Positions 25,401-39,660 of a stretch of 64,000 nt of DNA are shown piece by piece. This stretch comes from Octopus sinensis (lineage: Eukaryota). Positions within the stretch are counted from its first letter, which is position 1; each line of letters begins with the position of its first letter. Location of the stretch: positions 7,688,001 to 7,752,000 of the forward strand of contig NC_043006.1 of assembly GCF_006345805.1 (NCBI RefSeq), written 5' to 3'. The position numbers were made by a program, and so were the translations under genes. The notes under the pieces were generated by a model. That model did no database searches and was not told the origin of the DNA. It was given only the letters and a program-made list of their open reading frames with translations.

Positions 25401-25410
<10 letters not shown>
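25123..25410 (+). mobile_element. Diverged tRNA-derived SINE (other tail)
   Basis: GGCATATTGGTTAAGG...GGTTTCAATTCC head; CTTGGGCAAAACACTTCATTTCAC core. Confidence 0.7.
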
Positions 25411-25465
<55 letters not shown>

Positions 25466-25992
25466 GATACACACACACATACAGCAGTGGCCAAAATCAG
25501 AGAACGAAGATAAAGATTAAAGCTATTTATTTACATTTCTGCTTCATTTGTTTCGAATGGGATTTTCCCTGTATATCAACTTTAGAGTATACGGATGATA
25601 TAATCCAATACGTTTGACATATTGGTGATCTCTCGGCGTGAAACCGATTGTTATCCCTACTGATGACTCTAACCAGGATAGGTTTGATACCAAGCCCAGT
25701 CTTCAATGATGAGGAAGACAACTTTGCTTAAGCTGAAAAGCAGTCGGATGTTAAGGGACCCACTATCCATGTTTGGACAAATTTCCCAGTACCTGAAGAT
25801 ATTTTGTGATTTAACCAAGTCTTCAACTGATCTGTCTTGCTAATTTTCGTTCAGTCTCCTATGGATTTTCCTCAACGATGATTTCCAAAAGATTAATATT
25901 GAGAGATCGAGGGGAATCTGCAAAAACCTAGTTGGTATATATAGGCACTTAAAGCTTCATTTCCATAGACAGAACGAACATTTTTTGTTATA

Positions 25993-26232
25993 TCTCTTTT
26001 ATATCTCCTTTACTTGTTTCGGTCATTTGACTGACCATGCTGGAGCACCGCCTTTAGTCAAGCAAATCGATCCCAGGACTTATACGTTGTAAGCCTGGTA
26101 CTTATTTTATCGGTGTCTTTTGCCGAACTGCTAGGTTACGGGGACGTAAACACACCACCGTCGGCTGTCTAGCGATACTGGACACACAAACACAGACACA
26201 CAAACATACACACACACACACATATATATGTA

Positions 26233-26301
<69 letters not shown>

Positions 26302-26364
26302 TATTTCGTGTTGGGATTTGTTTTGCAAGGCACAAAAAGGAAATGACTCTCCCCAGACACAACA

Positions 26365-26413
<49 letters not shown>

Positions 26414-26575
26414 CGACAGACTTCTTTCAGTTTCCTTCTACCAAATCTACTCACAAGGCTTTGGTCGGCCCGAGGCTGTAGTAGAAGACACTTGCCCAAT
26501 GTGTCACGCAGTGGCACTGAACCCGGAACCATGTGCTCAGTAAGCAAGCTACTTAACACACAGCCACTCCTAGAG
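25993..26575 (-). mobile_element. SINE family A with a 66-bp insert in its internal (TA)n
   Basis: Homology to family A; insert at 26299-26364. Confidence 0.85.
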
Positions 26576-26900
26576 CCCTTTTTGAATTCATACACCATAT
26601 GTCTATATTCAGCGTCTGCATACAATGTCTGATACAGATCTAACGTAAACTTATTTTAAAACGGTAAAATCGATACGTTAGCCATTATAATAAAAAGTAA
26701 TGTAAAGAAAGAAGAAAACAGAGTATAAAAGTTAATACTTATTCTTTCTTGAATCTCACAAAAAGTCCCCACAAAACGATGACATGAAAAATGGGACGGG
26801 ATTTCTTTATTCATATACAACCTAATGTGTGTGTCTTAGCGTGCGCGTGCGTATGTGTGCGTCTTATGTGTGTGTGTGTGTTAGCTTACAAACACAAGTA

Positions 26901-27318
26901 TACTCTTTACTCTTTTACTTGTTTCAGTCATTTGACTGCGGCCATGCTGGAGCACCGCCTTTAGTCGAGTAAATCGACCCCGAGACTTATTCTTTGTAAG
27001 CCCAGTACTTACTTCTATCGGTCTCTTTTGCCGAAACGGTAAGTGACGGGGACGTAAACACACCAGCATCGGTTGCCAAGCAATGCTAGGGGGACAAACA
27101 CAGACACACAAACACGCACACACACACACGTATATATATATATATACATATATACGACAGGCTTTTTTCAGTTTCCGTCTACCACATCCACTCACAAAGG
27201 CATTGGTCGGTCCGGGGCCATAGCAGAAGACACTTGCCCAAGATGCCACGCAGTGGGACTGAACCCGGAACCGTGTGGTTGGTTAGCAAGCTAATTACCA
27301 CACAGCCAACCCTGCACC
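26901..27318 (-). mobile_element. SINE family A (duplicated at 28531-28949)
   Basis: Full-length homology to family A. Confidence 0.9.
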
Positions 27319-27715
27319 TATGTATGCATGTATAAATATATTTTCCTACACGCTACGTTTATATTGTCGTGAATTATGTATTAGTTGACAACCAATGTTT
27401 ATGCAACAGTCAGAGAACGACACTAAAGTAATATATAGAACGTGAGTTAATAAAGCACTGTTAATTATATTTAATAAAATTAATTAGAATTACTTACCCG
27501 TTGGCAAATGTAAAGAAATTATTTCGGCTGTCTCCGCTTTGTGCAAAATATAAGTATTAGAATTTCCTGTAATCAACATGATACGTCTGAACATGTGTGT
27601 GTTGTGTATGTATGTATAGATATACAGACACACATGTGTATATATATATAAATTACGGATAGCAAAACAACAATTTAAAACACAGTTGCAATATCAAAAA
27701 TTAATATCACATTTT

Positions 27716-27754
<39 letters not shown>

Positions 27755-27812
27755 CACACACACACATATATATATATATGTCATTATATATATACATATA
27801 TATATATGTAGT

Positions 27813-27848
<36 letters not shown>

Positions 27849-27860
27849 TATAATATATAT

Positions 27861-27925
<65 letters not shown>

Positions 27926-28008
27926 TATTTCGTGTTGGGATTTGTTTTGCAAGGCACAAAAAGGAAATGACTCTCCCCAGACACAACAGTATATATATAT
28001 ATATATAT

Positions 28009-28049
<41 letters not shown>

Positions 28050-28530
28050 CGACAGACTTCTTTCAGTTTCCTTCTACCAAATCTACTCACAAGGCTTTGG
28101 TCGGCCCGAGGCTGTAGTAGAGGACACTTGCCCAATGTGCCACGCAGTGGCACTGAACCCGGAACCATGTGCTCAGTAAGCAAGCTACTTAACACACAGC
28201 CACTCCTAGAGCCCTTTTTGAATTCATACACCATATGTCTATATTCAGCGTCTGCATACAATGTCTGATACAGATCTAACGTAAACTTATTTTAAAACGG
28301 TAAAATCGATACGTTAGCCATTATAATAAAAAGTAATGTAAAGAAAGAAGAAAACAGAGTATAAAAGTTAATACTTACTCTTTCTTGAATCTCACAAAAA
28401 TCCCCACAAAACGATGACATGAAAAATGGGACGGGATTTCTTAATTTATATACAACCTAATGTGTGTGTCTTAGCGTGCGCGTGCGTATGTGTGCGTCTT
28501 GTGTGTGTGTGTTAGCTTACAAACACAAGT

Positions 28531-28949
28531 ATACTCTTTACTCTTTTCCTTGTTTCAGTTATTTGACTGCGGCCATGCTGGAGCACCGCCTTTAGTCGAG
28601 TAAATCGACCCCGGGACTTATTGTTTGTAAGCCCAGTACTTACTTCTATCGGTCTCTTTTGCCGAAACGCTAAGTGACGGGGACGTAAACACACCAGCAT
28701 CGGTTGCCAAGCAATGCTAGGGGGACAAACACAGACACACAAACACGCACACACACACACGCATATATATATATATACATATATACGACAGGCTTTTTTC
28801 AGTTTCCGTCTACCAAATCCACTCACAAAGGCATTGGTCGGTCCGGGGCCATAGCAGAAGACACTTGCCCAAGATGCCACGCAGTGGGACTGAACCCGGA
28901 ACCGTGTGGTTGGTTAGCAAGCTAATTACCACACAGCCAACCCTGCACC
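28531..28949 (-). mobile_element. SINE family A (duplicate copy)
   Basis: Near-identical to 26901-27318. Confidence 0.9.
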
Positions 28950-29381
28950 TATGTATGCATGTATAAATATATTTTCCTACACGCTACGTTTATATTGTCG
29001 TGAATTATGTATTAGTTGACAAACCAATGTTTATGCAACAGTCAGAGAAACGACACTAAAGTAATATATAGAACGTGAGTTAATAAAGCACTGTTAATTA
29101 TATTTAATAAAATTAATTAGAATTACTTACCCGTTGGCAAATGTAAAGAAATTATTTCCGGCTGTCTCCGCTTTGTGCAAAATATAAGTATTAGAATTTC
29201 CTGTAATCAACATGATACGTCTGAACATGTGTGTGTTGTGTATGTATGTATAGATATACAGACACACATGTGTATATATATATAAATTACGGATAGCAAA
29301 ACAACAATTTAAAACACAGTTGCAATATCAAAAATTAATATCACATTTTCATCATATATATATATATATATACATACACAC

Positions 29382-29421
<40 letters not shown>

Positions 29422-29543
29422 GTCATTATATATATATACATATATATATATGTAGTTATATATATATATATATGTATATATATGTATATATATATATATA
29501 TATAATATATATATATATATATGTGTGTTTGTGTATGTATGTA

Positions 29544-29583
<40 letters not shown>

Positions 29584-30081
29584 GAAAGTATGATATTAAT
29601 TTTTGATATTGCAACTGTGTTTTAAATTGTTGTTTTGCTATCCGTAATTTTTTTCAAAACTACAAAACTATTTCGACGATTCGTTTCGGTTGCTAATACA
29701 ATTTCAATGGCAGTTGCTACTATTTATACAGACGATTCTTTGAAAATGTTTATACGTTTGCTCTTTGAGATGCAGGAAACATTTCAATGATGTAATATTC
29801 GTTTCCAGTAAACATATGTACGTCACTGAGTTCTTTAGTTGATATATTGGAGTCTTGGGAGTAAAAATGGCACTTCATATGCAGCTGAAACGAATTTCTT
29901 TAATGAGAAACATGACTAGGCTGATGCAGCTTGTAGGACTTGGTAATATATTATTATGTCAGATATATTATGCCTCTTGGGACAAAAAGTATGTGGGACT
30001 CAGGTAGACGCATGCGGTAAAGCATTCAAAACTTGTAAAAATTCGGTATATAACAGAATAAATAAAGCTAAAATAAATATA

Positions 30082-30282
30082 GGTGCAGGCGTGGCTGTGT
30101 AAGAAGCTTGATTACCAGCCTCGTGGTTTCAGGTTCAGTCTCACTGCGTGGCACATCCACCATGTGTCTTTTTGTATAGCCCTGGGCAGATCAAAGCCTT
30201 GTGAATGGTTTCGTAGACTGAAGCTGAAAGAAACCTGTCGTATATGTGTGTGTGTCTGTGTGTATCTGTGTGTGTATGTCTG

Positions 30283-30333
<51 letters not shown>

Positions 30334-30530
30334 GTGTGTGTGTTTGTCCCCCAATCCAGCTTGACGACTGGTGTAATTTTTCTACTTCCCTGTAACTTAG
30401 CAGTCCGGCAGGAGATAGAATAAGTACCACACACAAAAATAAATACAGGATTCAATCTGCTCCACTAAAACCCTTCAAGGAGGTGCTCCAGCATAGGCGA
30501 AGTCCAGTGACTAAACAAATAAAAGATAAA
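30082..30530 (+). mobile_element. Diverged SINE family A
   Basis: Homology to family A. Confidence 0.8.
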
Positions 30531-31139
30531 ATGATTTATATATTTCAGTTCTACTTTTCTTAAACCCAATTTCAAAATCTCATTTTCCTTTAATATGTCG
30601 TGTCAAAATGGCTGATTGAAAATATAATTGCTTTCTTTGATTTCAGATAGCCCGCAGTCAGAATCGTTAGCACACTTAGCGGCCTTTCTTCCGATTTTAA
30701 CGTTCATAGTTCAAATTCCGCCACGGTCGAGTTTGTTTTTTTATCCTTTTCGGATTGATAAAATAAGGTCCGAACCAATTGAGCACTGTTGTATGGGGCA
30801 ATGTATGTGCGGGGCAGGTGGGCATACTCACTACCTCATCTCTTATCACTATCTCCTCTTATCCTTCCAAGGAATCGTATAGTCGTAAATTAACTACTAT
30901 AGTAGACGGTAGTAAATTAACTTTAAATAAAGATCCATTTTCTGTATAAGATGGGATCTATCATTTTTGTCGGGGGGTGAAGGAAATAAATTTGGGTTCT
31001 TAAAGGGGACAAAGAAACAGTTGACATGTACTGAAATGGTCAATTCTCGAACTACTTAACACTTATTATCTCTATGCATTTTATTTTATTTTATTCTATA
31101 ATTTATACTCTAGTCAGTCTCCCTGATAATCTGACCTTT

Positions 31140-31800
31140 AGATAAACTTAGATAAAACTTAGATATGTTTCGACCAAAGATTGGTCCAGGCCATGTCTAA
31201 CTTAATAGCACCACCTGATAGGATAATTCGAATCCTGTTTAAGTCAAGTTTTGTTTAAGTCAAGTTTTGTTCAAGTAGTGAGTTCTTGTTGGGTGAGTTG
31301 TATCCAGTTTTGTCCAAGTAGTGAGTTCTTGTTGGGGGAGTTGTATCCAATTATGGGTGGCTTATCTGGTATTCTTTGAAGGAATCTATCCAGACTCTGT
31401 TTAAAGTTGATGGGATCCTTTTCCTCTTTGATCTCTCTCGGGACAATGTTAAATAGGGCAGGGCCTGTTGAGGAAAAGAAATTATGTTGCAGTGTACATG
31501 TATGTTGTGATCTTGAATTGGGCAGGGGACGTATAGCCCGTGGTCCAAGTCTTGGATGAAACTTGAAGCTAATGTTTAGGTCGTTTGGGCAAAGTTGGCG
31601 GTATATTTTCCACATCGTACAAATGATGTACCGCTCACTGCGACGCTGGAGGGAGTAAAGTTTCAAGGCTTTAAGGCGATCCCAATAATCGAGAGCAGCC
31701 ATGCCTTCAATTTGTTTAGTGAGTGCCCTCTGGGGTGACTCAATTCTGGAGATGTTTTGTCTTGTGTGAGGAGACCACAGTGGGCAGCACCTGGACTGCT
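31140..31800 (-). mobile_element. CR1/L2-type LINE 3' end, 5'-truncated
   Basis: ORF 31271-31810: CPLWSP...RLKALKLYSLQRR..RY; local tandem duplications at 31237-31351. Confidence 0.88.
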
Positions 31801-32094
31801 TTATTTTCATTTGTCTATATTTACTGGTTTTTTTTCCTTGTTATCAATGTGTTTTGTATTTTGATTGTAATCTATCTTGTCTGTCACTGTTCGTATGGTT
31901 TTAGTTATAATCTAAACTGCTACAAATGATACATCAATCTGGGTATACAGTATCAGACTGAGGGAAATGGTGAGGGGATCTAACGAAGAACAATCATCCG
32001 AAGTGGTGCACTGCAGACCATGGATGCAAGAGAATGATTGTACATTTCCCCTATGAAATACATATGTGAGAATGTGTGGAAGCAATTGTAATAA

Positions 32095-32625
32095 TATTCT
32101 TTTCTACCCTAGGCACAAAGCCCGATATGTTGGGGGAAGAGGCCCGTCGATTAGATCGACCTCAGTACGCAACTGGTACTTAATTTTATCGACCACGAAA
32201 GAATGAAAGACAAAGTTGACTTCGGCGGAATTTGAACTCAGAACGTAAAGACAGACGAAATAACTACTTCTATTTCTTTACTACCCACAAGGTGATAAAC
32301 ACAGAGAGGACAAACAAGGACAGACAAATGGATTAAGTCGATTACATCGACGCCAATGCGTAACTGGTACTTAATTTATCGACCCCGAAAGGATGAAAGA
32401 CAAAGTCGTCATCGGCGGAATTTGAACTCAGAACGTAACGGCAGACGAAATACGGCTACGCATTTCGCCCGGCGTGGCAGTTGTAGTAATATTCTTTTCT
32501 ACTCTAGGCACAAGGCGCGAAATTTTGGGGGAGGAAGCCATTCGATTAGATCGACCTCAGTTCGCAACTAGAACTTAATTTATCGACCACGAAAGGATGA
32601 AAGGCAAAGTCGACCTCGGCAATTG
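32095..32625 (-). mobile_element. Head-to-tail cluster of three SINE family D pieces
   Basis: Three copies of ACTGGTACTTAATTTATCGACC..GAAAG.ATGAAAG.CAAAGT-like segments. Confidence 0.85.
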
Positions 32626-32834
32626 TAGTAACATTAAACAAAGAATATTCTTTCTTTATTTCTGCTTATATAAACTCTACGGATAATATGGAATTGCTGA
32701 TATATGCCAGCATCAGTAGCATTTCTACGATATGATAACATCAGCTAGACTTTCACAATGGATGAGCTTTGCACAGCATTATACAAAGTTTCCACTTGGA
32801 TCTCATTTAACTATTCTTATATATTTTTGTTAAC

Positions 32835-33260
32835 TTTCTTGTTTCAGCCATTTGACTGCGGCCATGCTGGAGCACCGCCTTGAAATGTTTTAGTGGAACA
32901 AATCGACCCCAGGACTTATTTTTTAAAACAAACTTCTTATTCTATCGGTTCCTGTTGCCAAACTGCTAAGTTATGGGGACGTAAACTCACCAACACCGGT
33001 TGTAAAACGGTGATGGGGAGGAACAAACACTGACGCAAAGAAATACACATAGATATATTATATACACATATATGAGTATATATATATATATATATATATA
33101 CGACTGTCTTCTTTTCCTTTCTGTCTACCAAATCCACTCACAGGGCTTTGGTCGACCCGGGGCTATAGTAGAAGACACTTGCCCAAAATGACACACAGTG
33201 GGACTGAACCCGGAACCATGTAGTTGAGAAGCAAGCTCCTTACCACACAGCCACACCTGT
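32835..33260 (-). mobile_element. SINE family A
   Basis: Homology to family A. Confidence 0.85.
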
Positions 33261-34766
33261 TTGCATGTGTATAAAAGAAAAGCATGTAAACACGAACGTG
33301 AACGCCAGTAAAAAAAAGCGTTAAATGTTTCCTTGTTGGTTGCAAGCTACGCGGGTGGTATGTATCTTCATATAAACGTATAAACATTTCTAGATGGATA
33401 TGTTTGTTTATACGTTTACGTGTAAGTGCGCGCGTGTATCTGTGCGTGGATGTGAATGCGTGTTTGTTTGTATGATGTTTACCTATATCAGTATTTCCGT
33501 TCATTTATTGATATTCGCTCTCCATAAATATGTAGATTTTGTGTATTTAAGAGAGGATTATTCTTTTAAAGAATTTAACCTACTTTTTCTGCTAAATTCC
33601 TCAAGGAAAATCTTCCCCAATCTGAATATACTTCCCTTCCAAACAAGTTACATGATATTTCTACAGCCGGATACATGCTGATTAATGCTTACAGAATACT
33701 TCAGTTTAACTGGCACCTATATATCATTCCATAACATAAAATACATATGTGTGTGTGTGTGTGAATGTTAGGGTACGTGTGTGTGACTGTGTGCGTGGGT
33801 GTGTATGTGTGTATATACATTGCAAAGGTTGGCGACGTTTATTATAGCTCTATTTACAAATATACATCATTTCACCAACTTCACGCCTTCCTGCTTTGAA
33901 CTGAGAAAAACCTAAGCGAAACATAAATCTCTTTTCAAGTGTACGTTATACAGTTTCACTCTTTTTCCAAACCGTTTCAGATTTAAACTCCGTTAGACGT
34001 TCTTCTTTTACAAAATACACCATATCATTTCCACATTTTTTTACCTGCTATCCCAAATATTTATCTCACATCTATTTTATTTACAAATGTCACTGAATGT
34101 CAATTAATGCTTATATTAGCCTTGTTATTCTAGAATATTTTGAGAGGGTATATTTTATAAATCATATATTCTGTTTTATCTGGAGCTACACTGCTACGTT
34201 ACGTGAAATTTGTTTGAAATCTAAATATCACTTTCATATGATGCTGACAGGCTTTATGTCTTTTATAGTATAGAAACAGATGAACCGAATATCCACTGTA
34301 TGTAAATGCTGCAAGAATAAATTCGAATGCTCAAACTAGAAAAAAACAATGGACATTTTTTTTTTCTTTTTAGTTTCAACTGTATTCGTCTTTGAAGTAA
34401 TTGCGCTCTTCATTTTCATTTCACATGCTGGACGGTTTCATGCATACATACATATATATATCAAAGTGTACGTACGCTGTCATTGTATATAAAAATGAAA
34501 ACAAAAAATGGGACAAGAACTCCCATGTTTTGTATTTATATATATATATATACACACATAGATACATACGTACATATTTTATATATATATATTTTTTCGA
34601 GTAGCGTGTATATTGTGAAAAAATTATATGGTTAATGGACAATATGTCCAATCTTTCGGCATATCTGGTATTAGACATTTTTTCGTTTGCCCTTATTTAT
34701 GAATTATATATATATATATATATTATATATATATATATATACACATAGATACATACGTACATATTT

Positions 34767-34837
<71 letters not shown>

Positions 34838-35627
34838 CATAGATACATACATACATATTTATATATATATATATTATATATATATATATATAATATACAT
34901 TCAAACATTAAGGATTTCAGCTTGTGTGTCATCATTAGACTATTATTTGCTTTAGTTCTTTCTCAGTCTATATAGTTTTTGGTGGGTTAATATTTCAAAG
35001 TAATCCACTATCTGATCACTGCAAATAAGCTGATAGTTCGAAGTCACTATCAATCTTGTTCTGACAAAATTTTTGATATGTGTTCCAAAAACAAATCTTG
35101 ATCAATCACTGAGGCTAATGCTATATTGTTTTTATACATAATTTGACATAATACATATATACAAAAATAACATACATATATACCTTACGGCTTAAGAAAA
35201 GTTATAATTTGATAGTAAAAAACAATAACTGACCGTACACGTAGAATTCTATGATATAGATATAAAATGAAAGCTCTTCCAATAACAGAGTAGCAACCTC
35301 ATTTACACACACTAATATATTTCACATAACGATATGCAATGATGCTATGAAATTTATGGGATGTGCAGTTACGAAATCGTAAATCAAGCGTCGCTGATTT
35401 TATCAATTATAAAATTGCAACTTTCCACAGAAACCCTGGAGTGAACTATAAAATGAAACTGGAGTGGTCTCAAATATTTGACTAATTGGGTAATATAGAT
35501 TCGATTTTCATTTAAAGGACTAATAAAAAAAACCTGAAATAGCGTTAATAAAAATGATCAAACTTGAACATAGCTGAGTTTTTAATATAACATGTCAATA
35601 ATTTTTCCTTATGTGTGCAGTTCGGCT

Positions 35628-36080
35628 TTCGTGCTTTTTCTTACCTATGATCATGAATGTTTGGTATGACTGAAAGAGTGCGATAGCTTATAGAAGTGGC
35701 CAAAATACGGATTTCTTCAGAGTCTTTGGAGTAACGTTATTCGACAGTGAGCGCAGTCTGCTCGGATATCGGGGAGTCTCTCCGGATGGTGCCGACTTTT
35801 CTTTTTTGAGAGATCACAACTCCCCTACTACAGGTGTGAGATTAGAATGTCACTGGAAAGAATCGCAAGACGGATTCTTGAATCCGAGCTGACCGGCAGG
35901 AAGCCTAAGGGTAGACCAAAAACACATGGTTGAATAATATCCGTAGTCTCAATTGGTCACGCTTGGGAATTCAGTCTGAAAGTCTTCTGATGATTGCTTC
36001 CGATAGGGTCGTGTTAGGTGTTGTTAGAGCCTCATCCAGAAACACTACCTACACGACCCTCCCAGAAACGAAATAAACCG
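35628..36080 (+). mobile_element. RTE-type LINE 3' remnant
   Basis: Translation RMSLERIARRILESELTGRKPKGRPK..WLNNI; homologous to 43440-44110. Confidence 0.7.
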
Positions 36081-36550
<470 letters not shown>

Positions 36551-36558
36551 TATATATA

Positions 36559-36610
<52 letters not shown>

Positions 36611-38094
36611 TTATAAAGCCATGCATAGCTAGAAAAATAGATAAATGGATAGACAGGCAGACAAACAGATAGATAGATAGATAGATAGATAGATACATAC
36701 ATACATACATACATATATACATACATAGTCACTCAAAATTAGTTTCGTACATGTTACATACAAAACGAATATGTTGATGCGTAAAGAGTAAGCACCGTAG
36801 TTGCACTCTTTTCATGCACAATAATTACTGGTGCAACTACCCACAACTATATCGATATGCAAAAACAGAAGAACAGTAAAACAACATTTTAAAAGGTCAG
36901 TTTGTCCCAGCGACTTGTAATCAAACGAAAAACACGGGAAGCAAATATGCAATCGATCGCCAACTGGAATTTTAGAAGCGAAAATCTTAAATATCCATGT
37001 GTGCCCGAAAATTTATAGTTAAAAATGCATGATGTTATACATCAGCAGCTTTTATTTTTTTACGCCTTTTTCTACTATAAAAGTAAAACATTAAAGACAG
37101 CTGGCTATCACTATAAAACTGCATTAGTTTCAGGATAAAGCTAAAATGAATAAAATATAAGAAAACCTGGAGATGGATGTCTATGCGCTCACACTTGGCA
37201 AATATTTATATTTATCTTCATCATAAAACGCAGGATGATCAACTATACAGTTGCGATGCTGAAAATATTAGTTGCTTCGTTGGCAATAATTCAACTACAC
37301 ATCTTGTACTCTGTTATTCCGATGAGATGGTGCTTTCTCAACATATTCAAATTTCATGGCTCCATTCTGCTAGTTTTTTGGGGGTTTTTTTCAGAAAATC
37401 TGTCTTTATAAGTAGTTATTCCTTAAATGTTCGCTCGGGAGAGAGACGCAATTTCATTCGGAATTTTTAGACATTTTCTACAAACATATGATCTGATTAG
37501 CAAGAGATTTAAATTCCACAACATAATGATGCTATCTCCGGCTATAATCCTAGATGTGTCTGACTCTTCCTTCGTCTGGCATAGGGGTATGTTCAGCTTC
37601 GCTTTTCTTGTCTCTTTTGTAATGACGAATGATAATTTCAATAATCAGGAAATCTCCAGAATTTACATAGAAAAGATGATTTCAACCGATCACCAATATA
37701 TCCCGTAGAGTATTTAATATACATTGATTCGTTTTGTTCTCCCAATTCATACCACTGGACCACTCACAGTTTATTCTCTTAGTTCGCTTCGATTTCATTT
37801 TTGATATCTGAATGCACGTGTGTGCTTAATACAATTTATGTTAGTTATATCATCAATACATATATAAGTATCTATATATATATATGAATATATATATATG
37901 AATATATATATATATGTATGTGTGAGTGTGTGTGTGTGTAAGTTTGTGTATACATATATATATATATGCATATGTATATATATGATTTGTTTATAGTGGT
38001 ACAACAATGCACTACTACTTACTGGAATAGCAGACGATAATTTACGACGCTATAGTATTGCTTCACTGTGTGTGTACATATATATATATATATA

Positions 38095-38340
38095 TCAGAG
38101 ACTCTCCCCGCCCCCGCCTCGGTAGCGAATGACCCCTCCGTGGCACAAGTCTGGACCAGGTTGTTTAAGGAAGACCAGCAGTCGCCCATGCATACCGAGA
38201 TCCCCTCCCCACGCCACCAGTGTTATCCAAGGGAAAGGCAAAGGCTGATACAGCTTGGCACCAATGACGTCCCAACTCATTTCTACAGCTGAGTGAACTG
38301 GAGCAACGTGAAATAAAGTGCCTTGCTCAAGAACACAACA
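38095..38340 (-). mobile_element. SINE remnant (C-type core, third tail type)
   Basis: CAGCTGAGTGAACTGGAGCAACGTGAAATAAAGTG core shared with 4925 and 10537. Confidence 0.75.
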
Positions 38341-38540
38341 TGCAATATGTATATATATACAAAAATCATGAGCATAAATATAATTAGGGTTTAGCAAACT
38401 TTGCTTCACCGCATACGGAAATTTAAAAATAGCAGTTAAAATACTATTCCACTACCATAAGATATCTCCCAGACAGAAATACTCAAAAACTCACGCAGGT
38501 AACGAGAAAACAATAACGAATCTATCCTGCTCTGATTTAC

Positions 38541-38610
38541 TGTATACGCGTTTCGGGGTTAAAGAGATGTAAAATCATATTTCTACTCACTCATTCCCTT
38601 CGTCAGTACA
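38541..38610 (-). ncRNA. Type-I hammerhead ribozyme in a PLE-type end (38381-38900)
   Basis: TGTA CTGACGA A GGG...CCC GAAAC GC GTA TACA: intact core, palindromic ACGCGT, GUA triplet. Confidence 0.75.
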
Positions 38611-39099
38611 CTATTTCAAATTTTAAATTTGAAAGCACTGATAATTAACATACGCATTCGACCAAGCACCACCAGATAGCATATATCCAAGGACCAGTAC
38701 TTCCGAACTGTAACAGACGAATAAGCTCTCATATTCCTTCTCAATCATCCACGTGTGCCAACGAGTAAATTCCGCAGAAAACTGCAGTTTACTATTAGGG
38801 AGAGAATTATATTATCAATAAAAATAAAGGGCAAAATTAATTAATCAATTAATAATTAATAATTTTGGTAAAATATTAATTATTAAATTAAATTTAATAA
38901 TTAATTCTACTAAAAGCTAGTTTTTTATCAGAACCCCCTGTACGGATAGGAACTGTAGTGTGTGTAGATTTAGCTCACAAACAAACTGGAAAGCCAGAAA
39001 TGTAGTCTATAGTATAAGATGTACAGAGGGACAATGCAGTATCTAGACAACGACGTACGTAGGGTAAACGGCACGGAGCATAGGAGAGTGGGTAATTGA

Positions 39100-39660
39100 A
39101 GATTGGAGGGAACTTAAGGAAGAGAAGAGCTCATCGGTTCTGTACGAGAAGTTAAAATCTTGTCCACACATAGAACAGACGCAACAATTAGACAAATTGC
39201 AGAAGCTACACGCTTAATGGAAGATAAACCTAGCCTGAATAGGAAACTGGAATGAAACACTAGCACACACACCCAACACCCCACAACATATGACAGAATA
39301 AGATCCCCACAAACTGATAACAATATAAACAAAACATAATAAAATACACAGATAAACAAATGGAATTAAATAACTATATGCATTAACAAAAAAAAAAATT
39401 AATTAAATACAAAAAAATAATAAATAGGTGTAAACACATTACACAAATAAGCAAGAAGAAAGCAAAGGACCACTGATGAGGTCACAGAAGTGTGACGAAA
39501 GAACTCTGGCCGAAATAAGATTGAGAATAATGTAAAAAATAAATAAAGCTGAAGCAAATTAGCACTAAATGTATAGTGCGTGTGACTTTGTTGACTAAAT
39601 TGGCAAAATGACCATTTCTAAATACAACAATACATATTACTAATATTATTTTTATTATTT
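39100..39660 (+). mobile_element. PLE 3' remnant: GIY-YIG C-terminus plus 3'UTR with HHR
   Basis: 39148-39255 translates EVKILSTHRTDATIRQIAEATRLMEDKPSLNRKLE*. Confidence 0.65.
39470..39509 (+). ncRNA. Minimal type-I hammerhead ribozyme
   Basis: CCA CTGATGA G GTCAC AGAAGT GTGAC GAAAG AA CTC TGG: intact core, 5-bp stem II, CUC triplet. Confidence 0.75.

Larger units (their letters stand above)
26297..29470. repeat. ~1.62-kb tandem duplication (26297-27830 and 27921-29470)
   Basis: Near-identical copies at an offset of about 1624 bp, with breakpoints in TA-rich arrays. Confidence 0.95.

Noticed and set aside
25640-25700. GAAAC...CTGATGA arrangement suggesting a type-II hammerhead
   Set aside because: Stems I and II do not pair.
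37150-37710. Overlapping 70-97-aa ORFs that look like decayed coding sequence
   Set aside because: No recognisable domain and every frame is interrupted; a translated search would be needed.
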